The notes beneath the pieces are model-generated. The model did not search any database, was not told the DNA's origin, and was given only the letters and a program-made list of their open reading frames with translations. A program made the translations under genes and the position numbers. A stretch of DNA of 64,000 nucleotides from Sphyrna mokarran (lineage: Eukaryota): contig JAGIQG010000040.1 in assembly GCA_024679065.1 (NCBI GenBank), forward strand, positions 9,486,001 through 9,550,000, read 5' to 3'. Positions 23,887 to 36,035 of the stretch are shown one piece after another; position 1 is the stretch's first letter; the number at the start of each line of letters is the position of its first letter.

Positions 23887-25006
23887 TTATTTGTGAACTC
23901 GCTGGTGACTTGTCAGGGTGGATGAGCGAGTGAATCTCTTCCCACACACGAGGCAGATGAATAGTCTCTCTCCAGTCTGAATTCGCTGGTGTCTCTGCAG
24001 GGTGGCTGACTGAGTAAATCCTTTCTCACACTGCAAACAGATGAATGGCTTCTCTCCAGTGTGAATCCGCTGGTGTGCAGTCAGTTGACATAATTGTCTA
24101 AACCCAATCCCGCAGTGAGAGCACCTGGACGGTCTCTCGTCAGTGTGAACAAGCTGATGGCGCATCAGGTCCACAGAACTTTTATAGCATTTCTCACAGT
24201 CAGCACATTTAAAAGGTCTCTCGTCAGTGTGAACTTGCTGGTGTTTCAGCAGAGCGGACAAATCGCTGAATCCCTTCCCACATTTGGAGCAGGTGAATGT
24301 TCTCTCCCCTGTGTGAACTCGATGGTGTTGTAGAAGCCCTAATGATCGAGTGAATCTCTTCCCACATTTCAGACAGATGAATGGCTTCTCCCCAGTGTGA
24401 ATTCGCTGATGTGCAGTGAGTTCAGATGATTGTCTGAACCCAGTCTCACAGTGAGAGCATCTGAAGGGCCTCTCATCAGTGTGAACAAGCTGATGTCGCA
24501 TTAGGTTCAGAGAACTTTTATAGCACTTTCCACAGTCCGGGCATTTAAATGGTCTCTCATCAGTGTGAACTCGCTGATGTTTCAGCAGAGTGGATGAATC
24601 AGTAAAACCCTTCCCACACTTGGAGCAGGTGAATGGCCTCTCCCCAGTGTGAACTCAGTGGTGTTGTTGCAGCCCAGATGATCGAGTGAATCCCTTCCCA
24701 CAGTCGGGGCAGGTGAAAGGCTTCTGCCCATTATGAACACGCTGGTGCCTCAACAGGTTGGATGACCAAGTGAATCCCTTCCCACACTCAGGGCAGGTGA
24801 ATGGCCTCTCCCCAGTGTGACAGGGCTGATGAGTTTCCAGCTCAGACAGGGAGCTGAATCCTTGCTCACAGTCCCCAGTTTTCCACGGTTTATCTACACT
24901 GTGAACATTGCTGTTTTCTTGCATGTTAAAAACCCAATGATATTCAGATTCTCATGTGATGTTTGGTTTCAGTTTCCCTGACTGCAGATCTTCCCCTTCC
25001 AACACC
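23887..25006 (-). pseudogene. C2H2 zinc-finger gene (about 11 fingers) with a single premature TGA
   Basis: ORFs 24655-24924 and 23887-24501 are in the same frame, separated by TGA at 24655-57 (CGA position of HxRVH). Acceptor aatttcacAG at 25007-8. Confidence 0.85.
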
Positions 25007-25744
25007 CTGTGAAATTGATTTAAAACAGAAAAAAGGGAGTGAGAGAGAACTCAAAAAACCCAGAAAGGTGGGTTGTGAAACTCAGCTGGTTTTAGCGCCA
25101 ATTTCCCACTCCTTCCCCAATCCTTTGATTCCCTGAAAGATCTCTCCAGCTCTGGGCTAGAATTTTCCTCCATTTTAATCCTGGGAAAACTATTGTTATT
25201 TTCTCCACTCTCTGCTACAAATTCCACCCATTGATTCCATCCCCTTCCTCAGAAATTGTCTGAGACTGTTCACAACCACAGCAAAATATTACACCCAACG
25301 TGAGAATATGACCACAAATCCACATCATTACCAAGACCAGTTCCACCTCAGGAACATCACCCAACTTCAGTCTACTCTGTTCATCTGCTGCTCAAACTGT
25401 CACTCATTCCTTTGTTTTGATTTGATTTATTATTCTCACATGTATTAGTACACAGTGAAAAGTATTGTTTCCTGCATGCTATACCGACAAAGCATACCGT
25501 AAATAGAAAACGGATGGCATGGTAGCACAGTGGTTAGCATTGCTGCTTCACAGCTCCAGGGATCTGGGTTTGATTCCTGGCTCGGGTCACTATTTGTGTG
25601 GAGTTTGCATGTTCTCCTCGTGTCTGCGTGGGTTTCCTGTGACACTCTGCTGGTGAACGGTCTCCAGTTTGAAAAACAACCCTCTACAACCACCCCCTGG
25701 CTTCTATCATCAAGTCAATTTTGTATGCATTTAGCTACCTCACC

Positions 25745-26455
25745 CTGAGGTTTTCCTTAATCTTCTGAGAAAGTAGAGGCATTGGTTGGCTTTCTTAACT
25801 ACATTGTTGGCTTGGGGGACCAGGACAGGTTGTTAATTATCTGGACTCCTAAAAACTTGAAATGTTCAACTACTTCTATTTCATCCCCGTTGATGTAGAC
25901 AGGGCATCTTCTCCATTATGTTTCCTTAAATCGATGGCAATTTCCTTTATTTTGTTTACATTGAGGGAGAAATTATTGTTGTCGCACCAGTTCACCAGAT
26001 TCTCTATCTCATTCCTGTACTCTGTCTCATCATTGTTGAAGATCCGTCCCACTACGGTGGTGCCACGAGCAAACTTGAAAATAGAGTTGGAGGAAATTTG
26101 GCCACACAATTATAGGTGTATAAGGAGTATAGTAACAGCTGAGAACACAGCCTTGCGGGGCACTGGTGTTCAGGATGATCGAGGAGGTGGTGTTGTTACC
26201 TATCCTTACTGATTGTGGTTGATGGGTTAGGAAGTTAGCATCCAAGCACAGAGGGAGGAGCTGAGCCCAGGCCACAGAGTTTGGAGATGAGTTTTGTGCG
26301 AATAATGAAGGCTGAGCTGTAGTCAAAATATAAGAGTCTGACATATCTGTCTTTGTAATCCAGATGTTCCAGGGTTGAGCGCAAGGCAAGGAATTTTTGT
26401 CCGCTGTGGAATTGTTGGGCAGTAGGCTGTATTGGATCCAGGCAGTCTGAGAGGA
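25745..26455 (-). mobile_element. Rex1/Babar-like RT fragment
   Basis: IFKFARGTTVVGRI..WCDNNNFSLNVNKIKE and NTSAPQGCVLS motifs. Confidence 0.8.
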
Positions 26456-26999
26456 CTGTATCTCTGCATTCCTTTCATTCCAGCTTCCTCAGCATTCACA
26501 GTTTTAAACACTCTATCCTACATGTCCACACTCCCAGTTAGCAAGGCCACAAACTTTGCAATTTTCCTCTAAATTGCTCCCCTCTCTATCATCCTCCCAC
26601 CCCCTTTAACATACTCATTAAAATTACCTCTTTAACCAAGCCTTTACCCATCCAACCTCATGTCTGCTCACATGACTCAATGTCAAATGTTGCTTTATAA
26701 CACATCTGAGAAACACCTCAGAATGTTTCATTACGTGAAAGATGCTGTATAAATACATGTTGTAATTCTGAATCAGAGATCATAGAATCATAGAACCCTC
26801 CAGTGCAGAAAGAGGCTATTCAGTCCATTGAGTCTGCACCGACCACAATCCCACCCAGGCCCTATCCCCACATATTTTACTCCCTAATCCCTCTAATTTA
26901 TGCATCTCAAGACACTAAGGAACAATTTTCTTTAGCATCACCAATCAACCTTACCCATATCTTTGGACTGTGAGAGGAAAACAATAACTGTCTAGTCTA

Positions 27000-28450
27000 G
27001 TGACTTTCCTTATTACTGGCTGTACCTGTAAACTAGTCATTTCTGATTCATGCATGCGTACACAGATCCCCCTGTAACTCAGAACCTAGCAATCTCTCAC
27101 TATTTAGATCATAAGCTTTTTTATTCCTCCTGCTAAAATGGATAATTTCATACTTACCCACATTATAATTCATTTGCCAGGTGTTTGTTCTTTCACTTAA
27201 CCTATCCATGTCCTCTTCACAACTTACTTTCCTATATATATTTGTTTGCAAATTTAGCGACCATTAATTTCTGTCCCTTCATCGAAGTCATTTACATAAA
27301 TTGTTAAAAGTTGAAGCCTCAACACTGATCCATGTAGCACATCATTTGTCACATTCTCCCAACCAGAAAAAGACCAATTTATGCTGTTTGGCCAGCTAAC
27401 AGGAAGCAATTTTCAACCCATGCCAATATGTTACCCCTTGCTTTTGTTTTCTGTAATAATCTTTGATGTGGCATTTTATCAAATGCCTTCTGGAAATCTT
27501 AAGTACAGTAAATCTATTCCCTTCCCTTTATCCACAGCATATGCGATTCCTTTAAAGAACTCCAATAAATTGGTTAAACATGATTTCCCATTTGCAAAAC
27601 CATGTTGACTTTGTCTAATAGCGTTGAATTTTTCAAAGTGCCCTGCTAATACAACTTGAATAAGAGCTTCTAACATTTACCCGTGACAGATATTAGATTA
27701 ACTGGCCTAGAGATTCTGTCTCTCTTTTTGCTATCTTCCAGTGTAATGGAAATGTCTCTGAATCCAAGGAATTTTGGAAATTAATGCATCAGCTATCTCA
27801 TTAGCCATTTCTTTCAAGATCTTAAGGTGAAATCCACCCAAGCTGAAGATCTTTCAACTCACAAACCCAAAAACTTGCTCAATACCATTTCTCTGGTGAT
27901 TGTAATTTTCCTGCGACCCTCTGCCTGTTCTGTTTCCTGATTTACAGCTATACCTGGGATGTTACTTATGTCCTCTATAGAGAGGATCAATGCAAATACC
28001 TGCCATAGTCCTAGTTTCCTTTATCAATTCCCCAAATACACTTTCCAAAGGACCAATGCTTACTCTGTTAATTATTTTCTTATTTAGCTGTCTATAGAAA
28101 CTCTTACTATCCATCTTTATATTACTAGCTAACTTTCTTTCACATCTATTTTTTTCCTCCTTATCAATCTTCTGTCATTGTTGTTCATATCCCTTCCAAT
28201 CTTCTGACCAGCCACCCTTCTTTGCACAAATACGTGTTATTTCTTTAAGTTTAATACTGTCTTTAAGCACAAATGATGGACATCCCTTTGGAATTTTTCT
28301 TTCTCAGTGGAATGTGTCCGTTTGTGTGTTCCGAAATATTTCTTTAATTGTCTGCTGCTGAACCTCTCTTGATCTAGCCTTAAGCAAATTTTCCAGTTCA
28401 CTAGCTCGCTCTGCTTTCATGCCCTCATAATTATTCTTCTTTAAGTTTAA
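27000..28450 (-). mobile_element. Decayed CR1-clade LINE (RT region)
   Basis: IRQSQHGFANGKSCLTNLLEFF..VDKG..D motif. Confidence 0.8.
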
Positions 28451-28459
28451 AATACTAAT

Positions 28460-29025
28460 CATAAAATCTCTACAGTGCAGAAAAAGGCCATATGATTCAT
28501 CCATCAAGCTCCGACCATAATCCCACCCAGGTCCCATCCCTGTAACCCCATATATTTATCCTGCTTATCTCCCTGACACTGAGAGGCAATTTACATGGCC
28601 AGTCAACCTAACCTGCATATCTTTGGACCTTGGGAGGAAGCTGGAGCACCTGGAAGAAACTCACACAGACATTGGGACAGACACTCTTCTCTCCCTCAGA
28701 CATAATGTAAAATTCTTTACACAGAGGGTGGTGAGGGCATGGAATGCCCTGCCTGCAGCAGTTGTGGACTCGCCTACTTTGGGGGCATTCAAATGATCGG
28801 TGGATAGGCATATGGACGATATTGGAATAGTTTAGGTTAGAGGGTCCACTGGCCGGCGCAACATCGAGGGCTGAAGGGCCTGTACTGCGCTGTAGTGTTC
28901 TATGTTCTATGAAACCCATGCAGACACAAGGAGAATGTGCAAACTCCACACAGACAGTGACCAGCGCTGGTCTCCCAGGTCTCTGGAGCTGTGAAGCAGC
29001 AGTGCTAACCACTGTGCTACCGTGC
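28460..29025 (-). mobile_element. HE1/V-type SINE interrupted by a plus-strand CR1 3' end (about 28700-28910)
   Basis: SINE head at about 29020 and tail at about 28460. The nested insert ends in ttctatgttctatg and is flanked by a near-duplicated gaaac(t/c)ca(c/t)(a/g)cagaca. Confidence 0.7.
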
Positions 29026-29349
29026 CACAGAGGTATATCACCATCCCATCATCATCACTGGGTGAATAGCCTGTAACTCCTGACCTAATGGGGAGCACCT
29101 TCACCCCATTGCCCGTAACTGTTCAAGAAGATAAAACATAATCTTCTCCACTGGTAATTAGGGATGGGAAATAATTTCTGCTGGCCTTGTTGGTGAAAAG
29201 ACAGGGTAATAGGATGAGCTGATTTTCCCTTGCAGAGAACCAGCACATGCATGACGGGTTAGTCATTTTCTGCAGTGTAACAATTCAATGTTTTTATGGC
29301 TTAATAGAAAAGAGACCCATTCTGGAGGCCAGCAACTAACTTCTGGAAT

Positions 29350-29820
29350 CAATGCCCATTGCCTCCTACAGAGGTGGTGACTGCACATGCGCCCTATTGC
29401 CCATTGCCCCCTATAAAGATGGCCACCGCCTGCTGTCCATTGCCCCCAATAAATATGGCGGCCACGCTGTCCATTGTTCTCTAAAGATGTAGGCTACAAA
29501 ATCGGTCAGACAGGGCCTCGAGCATCTTATTTGTGGACTGAAGCTAATATCCGATGTTTATGAAAGTTCTCGTTCCTACACCGGGTGTTTATAAGGTCTC
29601 CCTTTTGACCCTCAGGCTCCATTTAACTTCACTCACCCGCTGTCTCCAGTTTCTGCTCTCCGGCTGCTCCAACACCACGCCATCTGATCACTGCCTACAC
29701 CGCACTGCGCATGCTCCGGTCGGAGAGGTACTGAACCTGCGCAATGATCTCCTGTATCAGAAAATAGGGTGTAGTCATTCTCTCGGTGCACGCTGGGTAA
29801 TAGCGCCGCCATTGCCACCT
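29350..29820 (-). promoter_or_regulatory. Putative promoter and non-coding first exon of the minus-strand ZNF at 23.9-25.0 kb
   Basis: NRF1-like TGCGCATGCT at 29706-15, donor CGG|GTGAGT at 29636, and an array of YY1-like AAGATGGCC / AATATGGCGGCC motifs. Confidence 0.6.
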
Positions 29821-30659
29821 GATATTATGGAATATAAATACATCTTTCCTGCTCCATGATCATAATGACTGGCCAAGAATGACTTACTCCTCTTCCTATT
29901 TTCTATGAAAATATATTCAAACGGGCTTATTTCAAATTATTTAACACCTTCCTCGAAATAGTGTGCACAGTGCAATTATCACAATCATTTATCAGACTGG
30001 AAATTTAAACCCGCTGTTCCACTTTCAGTCAGGATCAAGTCCTTGTTTTACACTAATCTTTGATTCGACAGCCTTCACCGTTGTTCAAAAGCCAGAATTG
30101 TTGAAAACTCTCTGCAACTGCGACAGTATCTGTAAAGATAGAAACAGAGTCAATGTTTCCAGTCCAACATGACTCTTCTTCAGTTCCAAATCATTATCTC
30201 TGTTTCTGCAGAAATGCTGCCAGACCTGCTGAGTTTTTCTAGCTTTGTTTTTATTTCAGATTTCCAGCATCTGTAGTAATTTGATTTTCTTTCACAATTA
30301 TTTATCCTGACTCTAAACATAGTTGTAAAACAGCCTTCTGTTCCATGTCTAGGAGCTCTGGACTATAGAACATTACAGCATAGTACAGGCCCTTCGGCCC
30401 TCAATGTTGTGCCAAGCTATGTGCAAACCCAAGATCAAGCTATCCCACTCCCTATCATTCTCCTGTGATCCATGAGCTGATCCAATAACCGCTTGAAAGT
30501 TCCTAAAGTGTCTGATTCCACTATCACTGCAGGCAAGAGAACAGCTGGGACATATTTCTTACACACCTCAGTCTTAACCCACTTGGCTGTCAGAGAAATG
30601 AGAAAGACAAAAATGCTGTTTGTCCCTCTCAGTGTCACCCTATGACAGGGACAGACTGA

Positions 30660-32235
30660 AGTTCTGTTTCCGCCATGTAGACTGACAGAGAAGGTGAAGG
30701 CGCATGGGTTCCAGGGCCGGGTATGTAGATGGGTCGAGAACTGGCTCGGGAGGAGGAGACAGAGGGTAGTAGTGGAAGGCTCTTTTTCCGACTGGAAGCC
30801 TGTCACTAGTGGAGTGCCACAAGGCTCAGTACTAGGTACTCTTCTATTTGTGGTCTACATAAACGACTTGGAAGTTGGGGTAGGTGGTGAGATCAGCAAA
30901 TTTGCTGATGACACTAAGATGCTTGGATTGGCGGGTACAGAGGAGCAGTGCCAGGCCATACAACAGGACATAGATAGGTTGGTAGACTGGGCAGATAGAT
31001 GGCAAATGGAATTTAATCCGGATAAATGCGAGGTGATGCATTTTGGCCGGAAAAATGAAGAAGAGAGTTATAGGATAAAAGGTAAAACTATTCGGAGTAT
31101 AGAGATGCAGAGAGACTTGGGGGTGCAAGTTCACAAGTCTCTGAAGGTGTCTTCACAGGTGGAGAAGGTGATAAAGAAAGCGTATAGTATGTTAGCTTTC
31201 ATAGAAAAGGGTATAGAATACAAGAGTAGGAGTTTGATGTTGCAGTTGTATAGAACGTTGGTTAGGCCTCACTTGGAATACTGCGTCCAGTTCTGGTCAC
31301 CATACTATCGGAAGGATGTGGAGTCCTTGGAGAGAGTGCAGAGGAGGTTTACCAGGATGCTGCCTGGTATGGAAGGACTGTCTTATGAGGAACGATTAAA
31401 TAGACTGGGGTTGTTTTCCCTTGAAAGACGTCGGTTTAGAGCAGATCTAATAGAGGTGTATAAGATTATAAGGGGTATAGATAGAGTAAATGGTAGTAAA
31501 CTTTTTCCACCTTCAGAAATGGATAGGACGAGGGGTCACGGCCTTAGGGTGAGGGGGGCTAGGTATAAGACGAATATTAGAGGGCAGTTTTTCACACAAA
31601 GGGTAGTGGGGGTGTGGAATGCACTGCCGAGTAAGGTGGTGGGAGCAGGCACGCTAGGGCTGTTTAAGGGTCTCTTGGACACCCACATGAGCGTTATGCA
31701 GATAGAGGGATATAGTAGGACTGTTTAACTATGGCTTTTTTTTTCCACAGGTAATTCAGTCCATACTTGACCAACAAGGAGCATGCATTCGGCAGGTGGT
31801 GCGAGGACAGCTCTTGGATGTTGATTCATGGGTTTCCTGGTGCTTCATGTCGTAAATGAGTGCTTTATCTGGACCATCTGAAGGGCACCATGACAGCTCA
31901 GTGACTATCACTGTAGCTGTGCAGACACTTGGGATTGGGCCGGTGTCTGCAGGAATTTGCACGTTCTCCCCGTGGTTGCGTGGGTTTTCTCTGGGCGCTC
32001 TGGTTTCCTCCCACATCCCAAAAATTCGCTCTTAGGCTGATAGGGAAACAAATTGTCCCTACATTGAGACTCTTCCATATTAGGAATAACCTAAAATTAG
32101 GATAGGATAATGGAATATATAGTTATGAATATATAGTTATATATGTATATATATAGAATATATATAGTTATGACGGCGGCGTGGGCTCATTGAGCCGAAG
32201 GGCCTGTTTCCCATGCTGTGTTGCTCTAAAAAAAA
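30660..32235 (+). mobile_element. Young 5'-truncated CR1-clade LINE: open RT C-terminal ORF plus a long 3' UTR
   Basis: 344-aa open frame 30694-31728 with SGVPQGSVLG, KFADDTK and RPHLEYCVQFWSP. The downstream ~500 nt ends in gccgaagggcctgtttcc..ctctaaaaaaaaa. Confidence 0.9.
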
Positions 32236-32564
32236 ATGTGATCCTCCCCCATATTGCCCTTTGTGAGCTCCAGACAGTCAAACACACAGCTGGGAAAGAC
32301 AGACATCTGCAACAATGTATTCAAACAAAGCAGTTTTATTTCCCATAAATTTAGAATATTCAACTTCAGTCCAGTCTGGTTCACTAATTTCCTTCACAGA
32401 AAGGGGTGAAAATGAGAAGATGGAAGAGGCAGGAGGAGTCACATTTACAGTTAACCAAAACTTTTTAGAATCTCTCAAACCCTCAACTTCTATAACTCAG
32501 TGAGATCAGAGTATCAGGAATCTGTGAATATCATCACTGGCACTCACACACTGTCCTGACTGAA

Positions 32565-32905
32565 AATTGACCAGGTTGTTCCCTGGCCTCGAGGACATCA
32601 GCTATAAGGAATGGTTGAATAAACTAGGATTGTTTTCACTGCAAAGACAGAGGCAGAGGAGATATCTGACAGAGGTCTACAAAATCCTGAAAGGCATAGA
32701 CAAGTGGATTGTCAGACACTTTTTCCCAGGGTGGAAATGTCAATTACAAGGCGTTACAAGTTCAAAGTGAGGGGGGAGGGTAGTTTGAGGGAGATGTGCA
32801 GGGGAAATTTTTCATGCAGAGAATGGTGGATGCCTGGAACAAGCTGCCAGAGGAGGTGGTGGAAGGAGGCACATTAGCGACATTGAACAGGCAGCTTAAT
32901 GGGTA
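32565..32905 (+). mobile_element. CR1-clade LINE 3' fragment
   Basis: ISYKEWLNKLGLFSL..EVYKILKG and FFMQRMVDAWNKLPEEVV motifs. Confidence 0.8.
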
Positions 32906-32914
32906 CAGCCAACG

Positions 32915-33360
32915 AGGGAGACCCGGGATCAGCCCCGCCCCTCATTCACTCCGATTGGTTGGAGGACCAGCCGCTCCTCTCAGTCCTCCAGTCCCGCCCC
33001 CTCTTCCTACTGGTCCAGAGCTGCTGTCAATCACTGCCCGGCCATTGTGTTTTGGAGCATGCGCAGTGCCGCTGGGAGTTCGGCATTGAGGCGGTGAAAA
33101 TTCTCATCGCATCAGAAACCGAAGGATGAGGAGGAGGCTTCAATAAAACGCCGTGTCGGTGACGAGCCCCGAATACAAATTTCGGATGCGGGTTGTGAAC
33201 GGGGGAAATCAGCTCGGGCTTTTCCCCGATACAGGCCCAGATTCCCCGCCGCCATCTTTATCAGAAGGCTGTGCGGTACGACGCATGCGTCATGAGGGCC
33301 CCGCCTCTCATTCACTCCGATTGGTTGGAGGACCAGTTGCTGGCGCTCGGTCCTCCAGCT
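32915..33360 (+). promoter_or_regulatory. CpG-island promoter module (GC box, CCAAT, NRF1, YY1)
   Basis: A duplicated ccccgcc.ctcattcactccgattggttggaggaccag, GGAGCATGCGCAGTG at about 33054, and CCGCCATCTT at about 33249. Homologous in inverted orientation to the 29.5-29.7 kb module. Confidence 0.6.
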
Positions 33361-35195
33361 CTGTCACCACACAGACTGTGATGTGAGGCTGGAATTGAAC
33401 CCGGGTCGCTGGCGCTGTGAGACAGCAGTGTGAAGCACCATACTGGCTGAGAGAATTTCATGCGAGAGATTTAAATACTCCATTTTCTCCCCCACTCCTC
33501 CACCCCCAACAATCATGTCCCATCCTCAGCCTTCTCTGCTCGAGGGAAAATGTCAGGAGTGTCTTTCCACTCATGGGAGAGTGTTGGTCGGACCAAAGGG
33601 CACAGGATCAGAATGAGGGAGTGCTCATTTTAGACAGACATGAGGAAGAATTTCTTCTCTTTAAGACTGGCCAACCTTTGGGATTCATTCCCCCAGTCGG
33701 CACCAAATCCAAGGCCGTGATCAATGCTTTCTGTTTTTTGTTTAATTGGTCAGGGGAATTCAAGGTTATGGCGAGAAGGCAGGAAAGTAGCGGTAGCAAG
33801 TATTCAGGCGGGCCACCATCTAATTCAAGGGGGCTGCAGGCTGGAAGGGCTGAATGGCCTCTGCTTCTGCTTCTCACGGGCAACAAAGAGATTGCAGAAA
33901 TTGGGATTGTATTTGCCGGAATGAAGAAGGTAACTGCTGATTTGATTAAAGTTTACAAGCTTCAGGGAACAGATTCGGGTTAGATAGAGGGTGTTATCTC
34001 TGCTATTTGGTGACCTTGGAGTCCTCCGGGGTCCTGTTAAACAGCTTTAATGGTCCGTGAGTGCAGAAACTGAGCAGTCACAGGAATGTGGTCAAGACAG
34101 TCCAGTCCCATAATGCTTCACATTCAATCTGCAGTCCTTCAATTATAACAGAATATTTGGCTGTATGTAGCTGCCTCAGCCTTGGTCAACCCCAACACTA
34201 CCTTCCTGAACTGCTGCAATGTCTGAGGTGTCAGTACACCCAGTGCTGGAGATATATCCAGCTACACATTCTAGAGTTCCTCTAAACTGTAGGTGGATAT
34301 TAGATTGATAATTTCATTCAACTGCGTCCAAGCTGAGTTATTCAAATCCCTTTATTAGATGGAACAATATATTCACAATATCTTTAAAACAGAATTAAAA
34401 CATTTCCATTTGATGTCAGGTATTAACATTCTTTTAGTTTGTTCCTTATTATCAATGTCAGGCTAGGGTTGTTCCCCTTGGAGCATAGGAAGTTGAGGGG
34501 AGACTTGGTAGAGGTGGACAAGATTCTGACAGTTTAAATAAGGTGGACAAAGAAAAGTTGTTCCCATTCGCTGATGGGACAAGGACAAGGGAGATGTAGA
34601 TTTGACGTTTTGGGTCAGAGATGCGGAGGCGGGGAATGTGAGGAAGAATATTTTGATGCAGTGAAAGGTAATGACCTGGAACTCGCTGCCTACGAGAGTG
34701 GAGGAAGTGGAGACAATAAATAATTTCAAAGCAAATTGGATGAACGTTTGAGGGATTTCCAAACAGAAATGCCTACTAAATATTACTGAACTTCCTAACA
34801 CCCTGTCACTCTGTGACCCTTGTGACTTTTTTTGATTTTGATTTATTATTCATGACAGTGAAAAGTATTATTTCTTGCATGCTACACAAAGTATACCGTT
34901 CATAGACAAGGAAACAAGAGTGTAGAATGTAGCATTACAGTCATAGCTAGGGTGTGGAAAAAGTCAATTTAATGCAAGATAAGTCCATTCAAAAGTCAGA
35001 CCACGTCAGACCAGTTTGAAACCAGATATTTACAACAAGACTCAAAGAGCATCAACTCACTGGAAGCAAAGTCGTGAGACCGGCCAGTCCAGCAGAAAGA
35101 AACTCTCTGACCCTCCCCATTGACCAACATTGAGAATGAAAAAAATGCAGTGCTGGATGTATTGAGAGCGGAAACAGCAGCATCCACTACCTGTA

Positions 35196-36035
35196 ATCAC
35201 CATGAAATCGCTGGTGTCTCAACAGGGCAGATGAAGTTCTGAATCTCTTCCCACACTGAGAACAAGTAAATGGTTTCTCCCCAGTGTGAACTCGCTGATG
35301 TGTCTGCAGGGGGAATAATCGAGTGAATCCCTTCCCACACTGACAGCAGGTGAATGGTCTCTCACCCGTGTGAACTCGCTGGTGTCTTTGCAGGCTGGAT
35401 GTGTGAATGAATCCTTTCCCACACTGAGAGCAGGTGAATGATCTCTCCTGAGTGTGAACTCGCTGGCGTGCCTGCAGATCAGACTAAGTGTATCCCTTCC
35501 CACATATGAGAGCAGGTGAATGGTTTGTTCCCAGTGTGAACTTGCTGGTGCGTCTGCAGTTTGATTAACTGAGTGAATCCCTTCCCACACACAGAGCAGG
35601 TGAACGGCCTCTCCCCAGTGTGATAGCGTCAATGAATTTCCAGCGGGGATGGGACTCTGAATCCCTTCCCACAGACTGTACATTTCCACAGTTTCTCCAT
35701 AGTTTGGGTTCCTTGCGACTCTCCAGGTTAAACAATCAGTTAAATCTCACACACAACACGGGTACAGTCTCCCCCCACTGTGAATGCTGCCATGTATTTT
35801 CAGGCTGTGTAACTAATTAAAGCTTTTTCCACAATCGTGGACTGGAACACTTTCAGTCAGGTATACATGTGTCTCGGTGCTTTTCCAGTTAAATTTATGC
35901 AAAGAAAAACGTCTGCAGCAGACAGAACAGGAAAGAATTTTTTCTTTTAGATTGAAAGGCCGATGGTATTCAGGTCAGATTTTGACATGATGTTCATTCA
36001 AGATTTCTGTCTGTGAAACCTCACCTTCTGATATC
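35196..36035 (-). pseudogene. C2H2 zinc-finger pseudogene, paralog of the 49288-50130 gene
   Basis: Acceptor at 36036-7. ATG at 35700 reads MEKLWKCTVCGKGFRVPSPLEIH*, with TGA at 35629-31 where the paralog has CGA; further frameshifts follow. Confidence 0.85.

Noticed and set aside
24655-24657. In-frame TGA as possible selenocysteine or readthrough codon
   Set aside because: It falls at an Arg (CGA) position, not a Cys; no SECIS was recognised; CpG decay explains it.
33417-33983. 188-aa ORF
   Set aside because: A mosaic of SINE and CR1 fragments with no coherent protein similarity.
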